Source of the DNA: a bacterium
GTDB lineage: Bacteria > Margulisbacteria > Marinamargulisbacteria > SXXA01
Reading direction: 5' to 3'
Length of the DNA stretch: 64,000 nt
Assembly (NCBI GenBank): GCA_947465765.1
Contig: CANIAP010000001.1
Coordinates: 9,349-73,348, forward strand
Shown: positions 36,880 to 45,753 of the stretch, one piece after another
Numbering within the stretch: the stretch's first letter is position 1
Layout of the letters: every line of letters starts with the position of its first letter
Translations under genes and position numbers: made by a program
The notes under the pieces: model-generated
The model's input: only the letters and a program-made list of their open reading frames with translations
Told to the model about the DNA's origin: nothing
Database searches by the model: none

Positions 36880-37755
36880 ATGGACAAAAAACTTGTACGA
36901 TTCGATTGGGCCATCAAGTATCTCTTACGCAACAAGGCCAACTTTGGCATCCTCGAAGGATTTCTCAGCGAGCTCCTCAAAACAGACGTCACCATCACAG
37001 CTCTCCTCGAAAGTGAATCCAACAAAGACGATCTCGACGACAAAACCAACCGTATCGATGTCTTCGCCGAACTCTCTGGCGGCGAAAAAGTCATCATCGA
37101 AGTTCAGTGTATCCGCCAGTGGGACTTCCTTAGCCGTATCCTGTACGGCGTCTCCAAGGTTGTCGTAGAGCATCTCAATCAAGGCGCTCCTTACGGAAAA
37201 ATACCCCGTATTATCAGCATTAGCGTCATCTATTTTGATCTCGGAAAAGGCGACGATTATATCTACCGTGGACGCACCGAGTTCAAAGGGATTCACCGCA
37301 AAGATCTGCTGCTTCTAGGAGAAAAAGAAAAACAAATGTATCCAGAGAGCATCCAAAGTGTTGCAGATATTTACCCTGATTATTATTTGCTCAAAGTCAA
37401 TCAATTCAAAGATCGGGTCAAAGACAAATTGGATGAATGGATGTACCTCTTCCAACATTCTGCGATTCAACACGATTTCAAAGCGAAAGGAATCTCAGAA
37501 GCCGGAAAAGTTCTCGATATTTTACGTCTCAATGAAGCGGAACGTCGCCGCTACGAACGCTATATTGACAACCTCCGTGACGAAAGAAGCCTCATCGAAA
37601 CACACTATGAATCGGGACATAAAAAAGGCATTGAAAAAGGCATTGAAAAAGGCATTGAAGAAGGCAAGCAGCTTATCGCTGCAGCCATGAAAGCCAAAGG
37701 GTTCCCACTTCGTGATATTGCTGACATTACGGGTCTGTCGATTACGGACATTTAA
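36880..37755 (+). CDS. Rpn/YhgA-family PD-(D/E)XK recombination-promoting nuclease / putative transposase (TIGR01784-like)
   Basis: N-terminus MDKKLVRFDWAIKYLLRNKANFGILEGFLSELL... with the D...E-V-Q core, and a C-terminal tail of KGIEKGIEKGIEEGK repeats as in the YhgA family. Isolated gene with its own flanking spacers. Confidence 0.75.
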   Translation: MDKKLVRFDWAIKYLLRNKANFGILEGFLSELLKTDVTITALLESESNKDDLDDKTNRIDVFAELSGGEKVIIEVQCIRQWDFLSRILYGVSKVVVEHLNQGAPYGKIPRIISISVIYFDLGKGDDYIYRGRTEFKGIHRKDLLLLGEKEKQMYPESIQSVADIYPDYYLLKVNQFKDRVKDKLDEWMYLFQHSAIQHDFKAKGISEAGKVLDILRLNEAERRRYERYIDNLRDERSLIETHYESGHKKGIEKGIEKGIEEGKQLIAAAMKAKGFPLRDIADITGLSITDI

Positions 37756-37916
37756 GGTGGGGCTCTCATTTGTCGGTGTCTAGTTTAGCTTAGGGTCTAA
37801 AAATCACTGTTTTTTGACGAAGTTGGGCTAACTTTTTGACCCTTTCGAAACACTTTTACAGACTATTGTTGTGTAACCTCCTTGGCGACCTGGGGCGCCA
37901 GAGATACTATGAAAAA

Positions 37917-39983
37917 ATGTTGGATTTTTCTATTGGATTGGGTTCGGTATTGAACGACTATTCGCTGCGTCAATTGGGTCGGTTGGGTATTCAGACGGTG
38001 GGGGATGTCTTGGGGTACTTTCCTCGGGGGTACCAAGATCGTCGCAATATCCCCCGTATTTCCCAGGTCGTAGCTGGCGGACTGCAGCTTGCGACAGGGA
38101 TTGTGGCGTCGGTGACTGAAGAAATCGCCAAAAACCGGGTGTCAGTTTTGAAGTGCCGGATCGGGGATGTGAGCGGCTCGATCGAATTGGTTTTTTTTAA
38201 TCAATCATTTCTAAAGCCGGTGTTGAAAGAAGGCCTTCAATTGGTGGTGGCTGGGAAGGTAGAGATCAATTCATACACGGGGAGTCGCCAGTTGATGGTC
38301 TCTGTATTAGATATTATTCGCACCGAAGTGGATCGGCGGATGGCATTGGGTGTGATTGTCCCGATTTATCCGTTGTCTCAAGGGTTATATCAGTCTCGGA
38401 TTCGCGCCATTATTTTGGCGGTTATTGAAAAGTATGTGGGGCAAGTGGATGACCACCTGCCGCTTTGGATTCGAGATAAGTTGAACTTGATGCCCCTTAA
38501 CGCAGCGCTCAAAGAGCTCCACTTGCCCACTTCTCCGGCTCTTTGTACGGCGGCGCGGCAACGGATCATATTTGACGAATTTTTGAGATTTCAGATGACA
38601 TTAGTTGAAAAACGACAGGTTCGGCACCGAGAAACTACTGATATTCGGTTTGTGGCGATGCATCCTTTGGTTGACCGGTATTTGGGGTTACTGACGTATC
38701 GGTTAACCAGAGATCAGTCGTCTGCAATTTCGGATGTTGCCGGTGATGTGACATCTGGGCGGGCAATGAATCGATTGATTCAAGGCGATGTCGGGAGTGG
38801 TAAAACCGATGTGATTGCAGCCGGAATATTGCTCGCCATTGGATCGGGATTCCAAGCCGCGTTGATGGTTCCGACCGAGGTGTTGGCGGACCAGCATTTT
38901 CGCCGATTTTCTGAACAGTTTTCACAGTTGGGGATTGAGGTCATTTTGGTCAAAGGGGGCCAGCGAAGTCGTGAACGAAAAGCGGCAATGGCCCGGATGG
39001 CATCGGGTGATGCACTTGTGGCTATTGGGACCCACGCGTTGATCGAAGATCCGGTGTCGTTACCTCGGCTTGGGTTAGTCGTTGTGGATGAGCAGCATCG
39101 GTTTGGCGTGATGCAACGAATGAAATTGAATCAAAAATCGATGACACCGCATTGTCTTTTTACGACAGCCACTCCGATTCCTCGGTCATTTATGTTGACG
39201 GTATTTGGCGATTTGGACAAAACAATTATCCGAGAACTTCCCCCAGGACGGCGTCCGCCACAAACCGTATTTTTTCCGTTGGGTGCCATCGGAAAAGTCT
39301 GGGAATTGTGCCGTAACCAGCTTGCGGCGGGTCATCAGGCGTATATTGTCTATCCATTGGTGGAGGAGTCCGAAAAGGTTGATTTGGCGTCGGCCATCGA
39401 GGGGCATGTGATGGTATGTCAGGAATTTCCTGGAATCTCAGTTGGTTTGGTCCATGGGCGGCTTGCAAGTGCAGAAAAGACCGACATAATGTCCCGGTTT
39501 AAGGCCGGGGAAATTCAGATGTTAGTGGCAACAACCGTCATTGAGGTGGGGATCGATGTGCCCAATGCCACGGTCATGGTGATCGTCAATGCCGAGCGAT
39601 TTGGCCTATCTCAGTTGCATCAGCTGCGAGGGCGGGTTGGACGCGGGGCGGACCGGAGTTATTGTGTCTTGCTGGGAAAAGCTAAAACGGAAGTCGCGCA
39701 ACGGAGGATGGATGCAATGGTCCAAATATCAGATGGGTTTCAATTGGCGGAGTTGGATTTGAAGTTAAGAGGGCCTGGTGAGCTGTTGGGTACCCGTCAA
39801 TCGGGTTTGCCTCATTTTAAAATGGCTGATTTGGTCCAAGATCAATCCTTGTTGAATTTGGCGCATCGAACAGCGCTGACCCTATTTGAACGTGATTCAG
39901 AACTGACCCGGGTAGAAAATGCCAGTTTGGCCCGATGGTACCGGTCCGCAACCCCGTTTACCGTAGAAACCCGGTTGAACTAA
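37917..39983 (+). CDS. recG: ATP-dependent DNA helicase RecG
   Basis: Wedge domain, Walker A GDVGSGKT, DEQHRFGV, and motif VI QLRGRVGRG. Start at the Met giving MLDFSIG. Confidence 0.9.
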   Translation: MLDFSIGLGSVLNDYSLRQLGRLGIQTVGDVLGYFPRGYQDRRNIPRISQVVAGGLQLATGIVASVTEEIAKNRVSVLKCRIGDVSGSIELVFFNQSFLKPVLKEGLQLVVAGKVEINSYTGSRQLMVSVLDIIRTEVDRRMALGVIVPIYPLSQGLYQSRIRAIILAVIEKYVGQVDDHLPLWIRDKLNLMPLNAALKELHLPTSPALCTAARQRIIFDEFLRFQMTLVEKRQVRHRETTDIRFVAMHPLVDRYLGLLTYRLTRDQSSAISDVAGDVTSGRAMNRLIQGDVGSGKTDVIAAGILLAIGSGFQAALMVPTEVLADQHFRRFSEQFSQLGIEVILVKGGQRSRERKAAMARMASGDALVAIGTHALIEDPVSLPRLGLVVVDEQHRFGVMQRMKLNQKSMTPHCLFTTATPIPRSFMLTVFGDLDKTIIRELPPGRRPPQTVFFPLGAIGKVWELCRNQLAAGHQAYIVYPLVEESEKVDLASAIEGHVMVCQEFPGISVGLVHGRLASAEKTDIMSRFKAGEIQMLVATTVIEVGIDVPNATVMVIVNAERFGLSQLHQLRGRVGRGADRSYCVLLGKAKTEVAQRRMDAMVQISDGFQLAELDLKLRGPGELLGTRQSGLPHFKMADLVQDQSLLNLAHRTALTLFERDSELTRVENASLARWYRSATPFTVETRLN

Positions 39984-40579
39984 TGCGGGTCACCTCGGGA
40001 GAGTGGAAAGGGTTTCCCCTCGATTTCCCTAAAGATAGAACCTTTCGGCCCACCCAAGAAAAAGTGAGGGCGGCGGTATTTAACATTCTTCAATCCCAAA
40101 TCAGGGGAGCTGATTTTTTGGATTTGTATTGTGGGACGGGGGCGATGGGTTTTGAGGCCATTTCTCGGGGGGCATCGACGGTGACACTGGTGGATACAAA
40201 TAGTCGATTTGCAGAGAAAAATCGGGACGCGTCGGTGGCGAGACTATTGCCAGAGACTCAAGACGAAACACGACGCCGGATAACGGTGGTCAGCGCAACC
40301 GTTCCGGATTATTTGCGGCAAGTAAAACAGTCGTTTGATGTGATATTTATGGATCCACCCTGGGATCAGGAGGGCCTTTATAAGGATACATTCCGGCTTA
40401 TCGCGGGCTCTGATATACTTCGATTGGATGGTGTGCTGTGTTGTGAGTACCCCAAGCGCCTAGAATTTGCGCTTCCTTCTGGCTTGGCCATTGGGCATCA
40501 GTACGCCTACAGCGACACGATGGTTTCTATGATTTTTCGACGAGAGGTGACTCATGCAAGCGGCGATTTACCCGGGTAG
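39983..40579 (+). CDS. rsmD: 16S rRNA (guanine966-N2)-methyltransferase RsmD
   Basis: LDLYCGTGAMGFEAISRGA and IFMDPPW. The start overlaps the recG stop (TAATG). Confidence 0.8.
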   Translation: MRVTSGEWKGFPLDFPKDRTFRPTQEKVRAAVFNILQSQIRGADFLDLYCGTGAMGFEAISRGASTVTLVDTNSRFAEKNRDASVARLLPETQDETRRRITVVSATVPDYLRQVKQSFDVIFMDPPWDQEGLYKDTFRLIAGSDILRLDGVLCCEYPKRLEFALPSGLAIGHQYAYSDTMVSMIFRREVTHASGDLPG

Positions 40580-41033
40580 TTTTGATCCGATTACCAATGG
40601 TCATTTGGATGTGGTTCGGCGCGCCTTGTCATTGGTGGACCATGTGGTTGTGGGCGTCATTTACAACCCGGCAAAAGCCCCGTTATTTTCGTTAGAAGAA
40701 CGGATGGATTTGATCCGTACCTTATTTCGAGACGAACCGAGGGTTGAGGTTGCCGCATTTAGTGGGTTGTTGATTGATTTTGCAAGACTCAAGGATGTTT
40801 ATACCATTATTCGCGGATTGCGAGCGGTATCGGATTATGACTACGAATTTCAGATGGCAATTACCAATCGCCATCTCTGTCCTAAGTTGGATACGGTATT
40901 TTTGATGACGGATGTAGCTTATTCGTATCTGAGCTCGAGTTTGGTGAAGCAGGTGGCACGATTTGGGGGCGATGTGTCGTCTTTTGTCCCGATGGAAATT
41001 GAACTTAAATTAAAGGAAAAGCTGGGATTATGA
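40554..41033 (+). CDS. coaD: Phosphopantetheine adenylyltransferase
   Basis: AIYPGSFDPITNGHLD in a 159-aa protein. Confidence 0.9.
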   Translation: MQAAIYPGSFDPITNGHLDVVRRALSLVDHVVVGVIYNPAKAPLFSLEERMDLIRTLFRDEPRVEVAAFSGLLIDFARLKDVYTIIRGLRAVSDYDYEFQMAITNRHLCPKLDTVFLMTDVAYSYLSSSLVKQVARFGGDVSSFVPMEIELKLKEKLGL

Positions 41034-41461
41034 ACGAAGTATTGGGACTAATAGATTCGATTGAAGCGACGATTTTAGAAGGAAAAAAAGTGCCCTTTTC
41101 AGAGAAGGTGGTATTGGATGAACGTCGCCTTTTGGGGCTACTCGATAAATTACGGTTGGTGGTTAAAAATGATTCGACACTCATTCGGCGTTCAATCGAA
41201 ATGTCGTCGTCTGATGATGATCGGTCATCGCGGGCCACGGTGGTGATTGAAACCCCAACCGGAATTCATCCAGACGTGTTGCGTCAGGCCGAAGATGAAA
41301 GCCTTCGGGTTCGTCGAAATGCAGACGAGTATGCGGATAATGTTTTGGCTCACCTCCAAATGGTAGTGACCCGCGCCCAAAAAAATATGATTAAGTTAGA
41401 ACAAAGTATTGAATCCGGTCGGGACCATTTGGAAACCCGTCGGAATGAATCGAAAGGATAA
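41030..41461 (+). CDS. Hypothetical protein (conserved position between coaD and rph)
   Basis: 143 aa, charged and helical, no recognisable motif. Translationally coupled to coaD. Confidence 0.35.
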   Translation: MNEVLGLIDSIEATILEGKKVPFSEKVVLDERRLLGLLDKLRLVVKNDSTLIRRSIEMSSSDDDRSSRATVVIETPTGIHPDVLRQAEDESLRVRRNADEYADNVLAHLQMVVTRAQKNMIKLEQSIESGRDHLETRRNESKG

Positions 41462-41465
41462 CCCC

Positions 41466-42191
41466 ATGGCACGCTTGGATGGCCGTGACGCAAATGTGTC
41501 TCGGGAATTGACGATTGTTCGGAATTTTACAAAATATTCCTTGGGATCTGTATTGATTGCGACCGGTGATACGAAAGTATTGTGTACAGCATCGGTCGAA
41601 GACCGGGTTCCTCATTTTTTGAAAGACTCGGGCCAAGGATGGTTGACCGCTGAGTATTCGTTGCTTCCGTCATCTACATCGACGCGTGTTCAGCGTGAAT
41701 TGAATAAAGGACGTCCCTCGGGGCGAACGAACGAGATTCAGCGGCTAATCGGTCGGTCTTTGCGCGCAGCGATTGATTTGAAACGTCTTGGAGAACGGAC
41801 CATCCATATCGATTGCGATGTGCTTCAGGCGGACGGGGGGACCCGGACAGCGTCAGTGACGGGTGCCATGATTGCATTGGCGGATGCCTGCGCCGTTTTG
41901 GTCGCGCGTCGGTCATTAGTGGTGAGTCCGATTATTGCACTGGTTACTGCCGTTAGTGTGGGAATTGTCGATGGTGTTCCCGTAAGCGATTTAACCTATG
42001 AAGAAGATTCCCGAGCCGATGTGGATATGAATATTGTCATGGCCAACGCAGAGACGTTTGTGGAGGTCCAAGGGACGGCGGAAAAGTCGTCGTATAGTCG
42101 GTCCGAGCTTGATGCCATGTTGGGGATTGCTCAAGAATCGTTAAAGAACATGAATGTAAAAATTCGAGCACAGGTGCCTTTGCCGTTTTAA
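41466..42191 (+). CDS. rph: Ribonuclease PH
   Basis: MARLDGRDANVSRELTIVRNFTKYSLGSVLIATGDTKVLCTA and GGTRTASVTGA. Confidence 0.9.
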   Translation: MARLDGRDANVSRELTIVRNFTKYSLGSVLIATGDTKVLCTASVEDRVPHFLKDSGQGWLTAEYSLLPSSTSTRVQRELNKGRPSGRTNEIQRLIGRSLRAAIDLKRLGERTIHIDCDVLQADGGTRTASVTGAMIALADACAVLVARRSLVVSPIIALVTAVSVGIVDGVPVSDLTYEEDSRADVDMNIVMANAETFVEVQGTAEKSSYSRSELDAMLGIAQESLKNMNVKIRAQVPLPF

Positions 42192-43081
42192 TGACGCCAT
42201 TTCGTAGTGGTCTTCTCGGCTTTGTGTTCGGAGTGGGGGCGTGTGTTTTCGTAGGGTTTTCTCGCGTGACACCGTTGCCGATGTTGTCACGGGTCAGCGC
42301 GACAATTCAGTCAGCCTATATTGAGCCGGATCTGGATATGAGGGCCTTAGAGATTGGTGCAATTCGTGGCTATTTGGGGTGTTTGAATGACCCCCATACC
42401 CGGTGGATAGATCCAGAAACCTTGCAGAAAATGAGGCATCATCTCAAAGGAGAATCCGAGGTTTCCACAAAGTTCGATACAGTGGATCATGTGACCATTA
42501 TCGGTCGGGTGGGGTATCTCCGAATTACGAGTTTTGAGAGTTTGACTTTGGCCACTGAAGTTCGAACGGTCGTTCGGTCGTTAATTCAACAGGGGGTCAC
42601 GGGGTTGATTATTGATCTAAGAGGGAACGGGGGCGGGCTTTATTCGAGCGGCGTCAAAGTGGCTACTCTTTTTTTGTCCAATGTGCCCGTGGTTCACACG
42701 GTGGATCGAATGGGTCAGTCGCGTACCGAGCGTGCGCCAGGAAATCCGGAATTTGGGGCGATTCCATTGGTTGTTTTGGTTAATGAGAGGTCTGCGTCGT
42801 CATCCGAGATTTTTGCGGGGGCGATTCAAGATAATCGTCGTGGAAAAATAATTGGGCATTCGACCTACGGAAAAGCGACGATGCAAAAAGTACTGCCACT
42901 TCAGGACGGTTCGGCGGTGTTGTACACGACGGGGAGGTATCTCACCCCGTTGGGTCACGATATTTCAAAAAAAGGGATTGCAGTGGATGTGGCGTTGCCC
43001 AAGTCGGAAGAACCCACCGGGAATGTCGCGATGGACCCCCAGGTGCGGGCGGCCCAACGCCTTCTTGAAACCGGGACCTAG
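42191..43081 (+). CDS. S41-family (C-terminal processing) peptidase-like protein without a PDZ domain
   Basis: LVVLVNERSASSSEIFAGAIQDNRRGKIIGHSTYGKATMQ is the S41 catalytic Ser/Lys region. Only 296 aa, with an N-terminal TM anchor. Confidence 0.6.
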   Translation: MTPFRSGLLGFVFGVGACVFVGFSRVTPLPMLSRVSATIQSAYIEPDLDMRALEIGAIRGYLGCLNDPHTRWIDPETLQKMRHHLKGESEVSTKFDTVDHVTIIGRVGYLRITSFESLTLATEVRTVVRSLIQQGVTGLIIDLRGNGGGLYSSGVKVATLFLSNVPVVHTVDRMGQSRTERAPGNPEFGAIPLVVLVNERSASSSEIFAGAIQDNRRGKIIGHSTYGKATMQKVLPLQDGSAVLYTTGRYLTPLGHDISKKGIAVDVALPKSEEPTGNVAMDPQVRAAQRLLETGT

Positions 43082-43082
43082 G

Positions 43083-43436
43083 TTAGGGTTTCTTTGTCTT
43101 CTTCATTTTGTCTAACTGATAGACAAACGCAAGGACTTCGGCGACCAATGTATATAACTCGCCAGGAATTTCAGTATTTAAATCCAATTTGCTGAGCAAT
43201 TCGGTTAGCGTTTCATCCTCATAGAACGGGATTCGATTTTCTTCGGCTAACTCTAATATTTTCTCAGCAACTGAGGCCCTTCCTGTTGCCACAATTTTAG
43301 GGGCTTTGTCTTTCCCTACCTGATATTTAACGGCGATTGCCCGGAGGTCTTTTCGCTCTGGCAACTGGAGCTCATCAAGATGACGCTTGAGCTTTCTGGC
43401 TTTTTTATTAAGTAAGGCCTGAGGTATTTTTTTCAT
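43083..43436 (-). CDS. Stand-alone FlhB C-terminal-domain protein (EscU/YscU/FlhB-CTD homologue, YlqH-like)
   Basis: 117 aa. IAVKYQVGKDKAPKIVATGRASVAEKILELAEENRIPFYEDETLTELL matches the FlhB_C fold downstream of the NPTH cleavage region. Confidence 0.65.
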   Translation of the reverse strand: MKKIPQALLNKKARKLKRHLDELQLPERKDLRAIAVKYQVGKDKAPKIVATGRASVAEKILELAEENRIPFYEDETLTELLSKLDLNTEIPGELYTLVAEVLAFVYQLDKMKKTKKP

Positions 43437-44722
43437 ACTTCGGTGTTGATTCTAGATAATGTATCAAGGTTAAGTTTGGGTAAAAGTAACTGCTTAATAT
43501 CGATTTTGTTTTCAGTGGTTTTGAGGCCAACTAATTCGTAACCGTGGGTACTGATCTGGTCTTTAAACTCACCAATCCATTGGGTTACTAGCTGACGACT
43601 GTCGGATCGATCGCTGCTGACAGTCATCCAAAGTTTTTTGTCGAGCACATCAAGAATCACGGCCATCTCGCCCAAATCCTTTGTCTCAAATTTGACGATG
43701 ATGCGGGTTTTTTGGGTATTGTATTCAGTTTTCTTTTTCAGAGGGTCTTTTCTTACGAGAAGTTCCATCACGGCCTGACCTTGCATCCATGGATTGGGAA
43801 ACTGCCAGTATCCAAATCGATCGTTCCCCACCTGTTGGGCCACTTGTTCTGACATAATGGCTTGGCTGGTTAGAGATTCCAAGAAGCCGGAGATGCCACC
43901 CTGGAGGGCGGTGGAGGACTTTAGGAATCGCTCCAATGCGGAGGTCATCCCTTCTTGGGACATTTTTTGACGGAGTCCTCCAATAAATTCATACAAGGCT
44001 TTAAAGTCCTTGATGAGACCCCCGCGACTCAGTTCTGACCAATCCATTCGTTCGTTAGGATCTTTGGAGAGTTTTTTTAATGCGTCATCCAGTTCGGAGA
44101 CTGCGGCACCTAGGCCCGCTAAAAGGCCCGAATCTAGGAACGTGCTGGCAAAGTTCATACTGAGCTGAAACTGGGACATCGCTGATTGGAGTTGCTGCAA
44201 TTGCTGGTTGATTTGGAGTTGATTGTTGAGGAAATGGCCGATGATATCGACACTTCGGGGTGTTTCAGCTAACCCTTTTGACAGGCTGGCTACGGAGGAT
44301 TCGAGTGAATTGGTTGATTTTCTCCCCTTGACCAAGGTTTGAACTGTTTCAAAGTTTGAGGCAGATGCCTCCAAGCCAAATTGAAGAATGGTCGACATAA
44401 TTTGAATATTGTCTGTTGTGGGCGCTTTTTGAATGTGGACGAGTTCATCGACGATGTCCGCTCTAGAAATCGGTCGGGCAATGTTTTCTCTGGGGGAGGG
44501 TGAGGGTGTCCCGTCGGCCTTAGTTACTGGTTTCAGCGCGGATACTTTTCCGGCGCTATCGACGGCAGGCGGGGCATTTACGTTTTTGTTGACGCTTTGA
44601 CTTTCTTCGATCGCGAACGCTTTTTTAATGTTGCCGGATTCATCAACCTTTGGGGATGATTTGACTGAAGGATCGAAAATGCCAGAATGGCGTGGTCCGC
44701 TTGCGTTAATTCCGAAACCCAT
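43433..44722 (-). CDS. Putative flagellar hook-length control protein (FliK-like, Flg_hook C-terminal domain)
   Basis: Low-complexity Gln/Ser-rich middle region. The C-terminal RIIVKFETKDLGEMAVILDVLDKKLWMTVSSDRSDSRQLV...YELVGL block resembles the FliK C-terminal domain. Coupled to the FlhB-CTD gene. Confidence 0.45.
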   Translation of the reverse strand: MGFGINASGPRHSGIFDPSVKSSPKVDESGNIKKAFAIEESQSVNKNVNAPPAVDSAGKVSALKPVTKADGTPSPSPRENIARPISRADIVDELVHIQKAPTTDNIQIMSTILQFGLEASASNFETVQTLVKGRKSTNSLESSVASLSKGLAETPRSVDIIGHFLNNQLQINQQLQQLQSAMSQFQLSMNFASTFLDSGLLAGLGAAVSELDDALKKLSKDPNERMDWSELSRGGLIKDFKALYEFIGGLRQKMSQEGMTSALERFLKSSTALQGGISGFLESLTSQAIMSEQVAQQVGNDRFGYWQFPNPWMQGQAVMELLVRKDPLKKKTEYNTQKTRIIVKFETKDLGEMAVILDVLDKKLWMTVSSDRSDSRQLVTQWIGEFKDQISTHGYELVGLKTTENKIDIKQLLLPKLNLDTLSRINTEV

Positions 44723-44809
44723 ATACTCAATTCACCTCGGTGCTTTAATTCCCTTAAGTGGGTCTACCTAACCACAATCGAAGAAACTTAGAAAATACTT
44801 GTATCCAAA

Positions 44810-45676
44810 TTACACCGTTTTTTTCGTCTCAGGGAGAGTGGGGAGCCCTAAGCTACTGTTGTAGGCTTGTTGTAGGGCACGCGTCAACTCTCTTGACTTG
44901 ATGTGGGGATATTTTTCAAGTGTATCAACAAGGACAATTCCTTTGAGTGAGCTGGTTAAAAACACTTCCTGAAATTCATCTAAATCGCTCAGTAAAATCT
45001 CTTGTTCACAGATGTCGACGTCAAATTCTTCTGCCTTTTCGAGAAGGTAGCGACGGGTTACGCCCGGTAAAATGTATTGGGATTTGGGCGTGAAGAGTAC
45101 GTTTCCTCGTGCAAAGAAAACATTGGCGGTCGGGGTTTCTAATATCGCTTTTTTGTCGGAATATAAAATGACATCGTCGTAGGGGTCGCACAGGGCTTTT
45201 TCAAGGATGTTTTTGACGTATGACAGCATTTTGAACTGGTCAATTTGAATTCTCTGAAATGATTCTTGGCGAATTCCCAAGTGAATGCCGATATTGGCCC
45301 GGGTTTGGGTCATGGGTCGAAGGATAATGAGTACCATGGGGCGTCCCATGACAACTCGATGAGTGCCCACTGGACGATCACCTGGGCTGACGTAGATATT
45401 TAATGTGGCACCGTCGTCGATCTTGTTTTGCTCAACAAGGTCCGCGACGATTTCTTTGACGCGGTCTTGGGTTACGGCCAATTCAATGCCCAAGATAATG
45501 GCTGACGATTCCAATCGTTCCCAATGTTTTTCAAATAGAATGGGTTTTTTATGGAAAATACGCACGGTTTCGAACAATCCATAGCCGTACAAAAACCCGT
45601 AATCGTCATACGGAAACGGTACCGACTGTGCGGGTCTTATTTTCTCTTGGTAGTATACAAGTGGGTAGAGATTCAT
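44810..45676 (-). CDS. Class-IV aminotransferase-fold protein (aminodeoxychorismate lyase / BCAT-like)
   Basis: YGYGLFETVRIF...E.HW.RL and the later EAFLTSS-like LTSSLKGIV region of the class IV PLP fold. Start trimmed to MNLYPLVYYQ. Confidence 0.65.
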   Translation of the reverse strand: MNLYPLVYYQEKIRPAQSVPFPYDDYGFLYGYGLFETVRIFHKKPILFEKHWERLESSAIILGIELAVTQDRVKEIVADLVEQNKIDDGATLNIYVSPGDRPVGTHRVVMGRPMVLIILRPMTQTRANIGIHLGIRQESFQRIQIDQFKMLSYVKNILEKALCDPYDDVILYSDKKAILETPTANVFFARGNVLFTPKSQYILPGVTRRYLLEKAEEFDVDICEQEILLSDLDEFQEVFLTSSLKGIVLVDTLEKYPHIKSRELTRALQQAYNSSLGLPTLPETKKTV

Positions 45677-45753
45677 CAATGTAACCTTTGAAATAGGATA
45701 CACAGGTTTAAATTTACACGGTAGTGGGGGGATTTTGATGAGGAGAAAATCTA

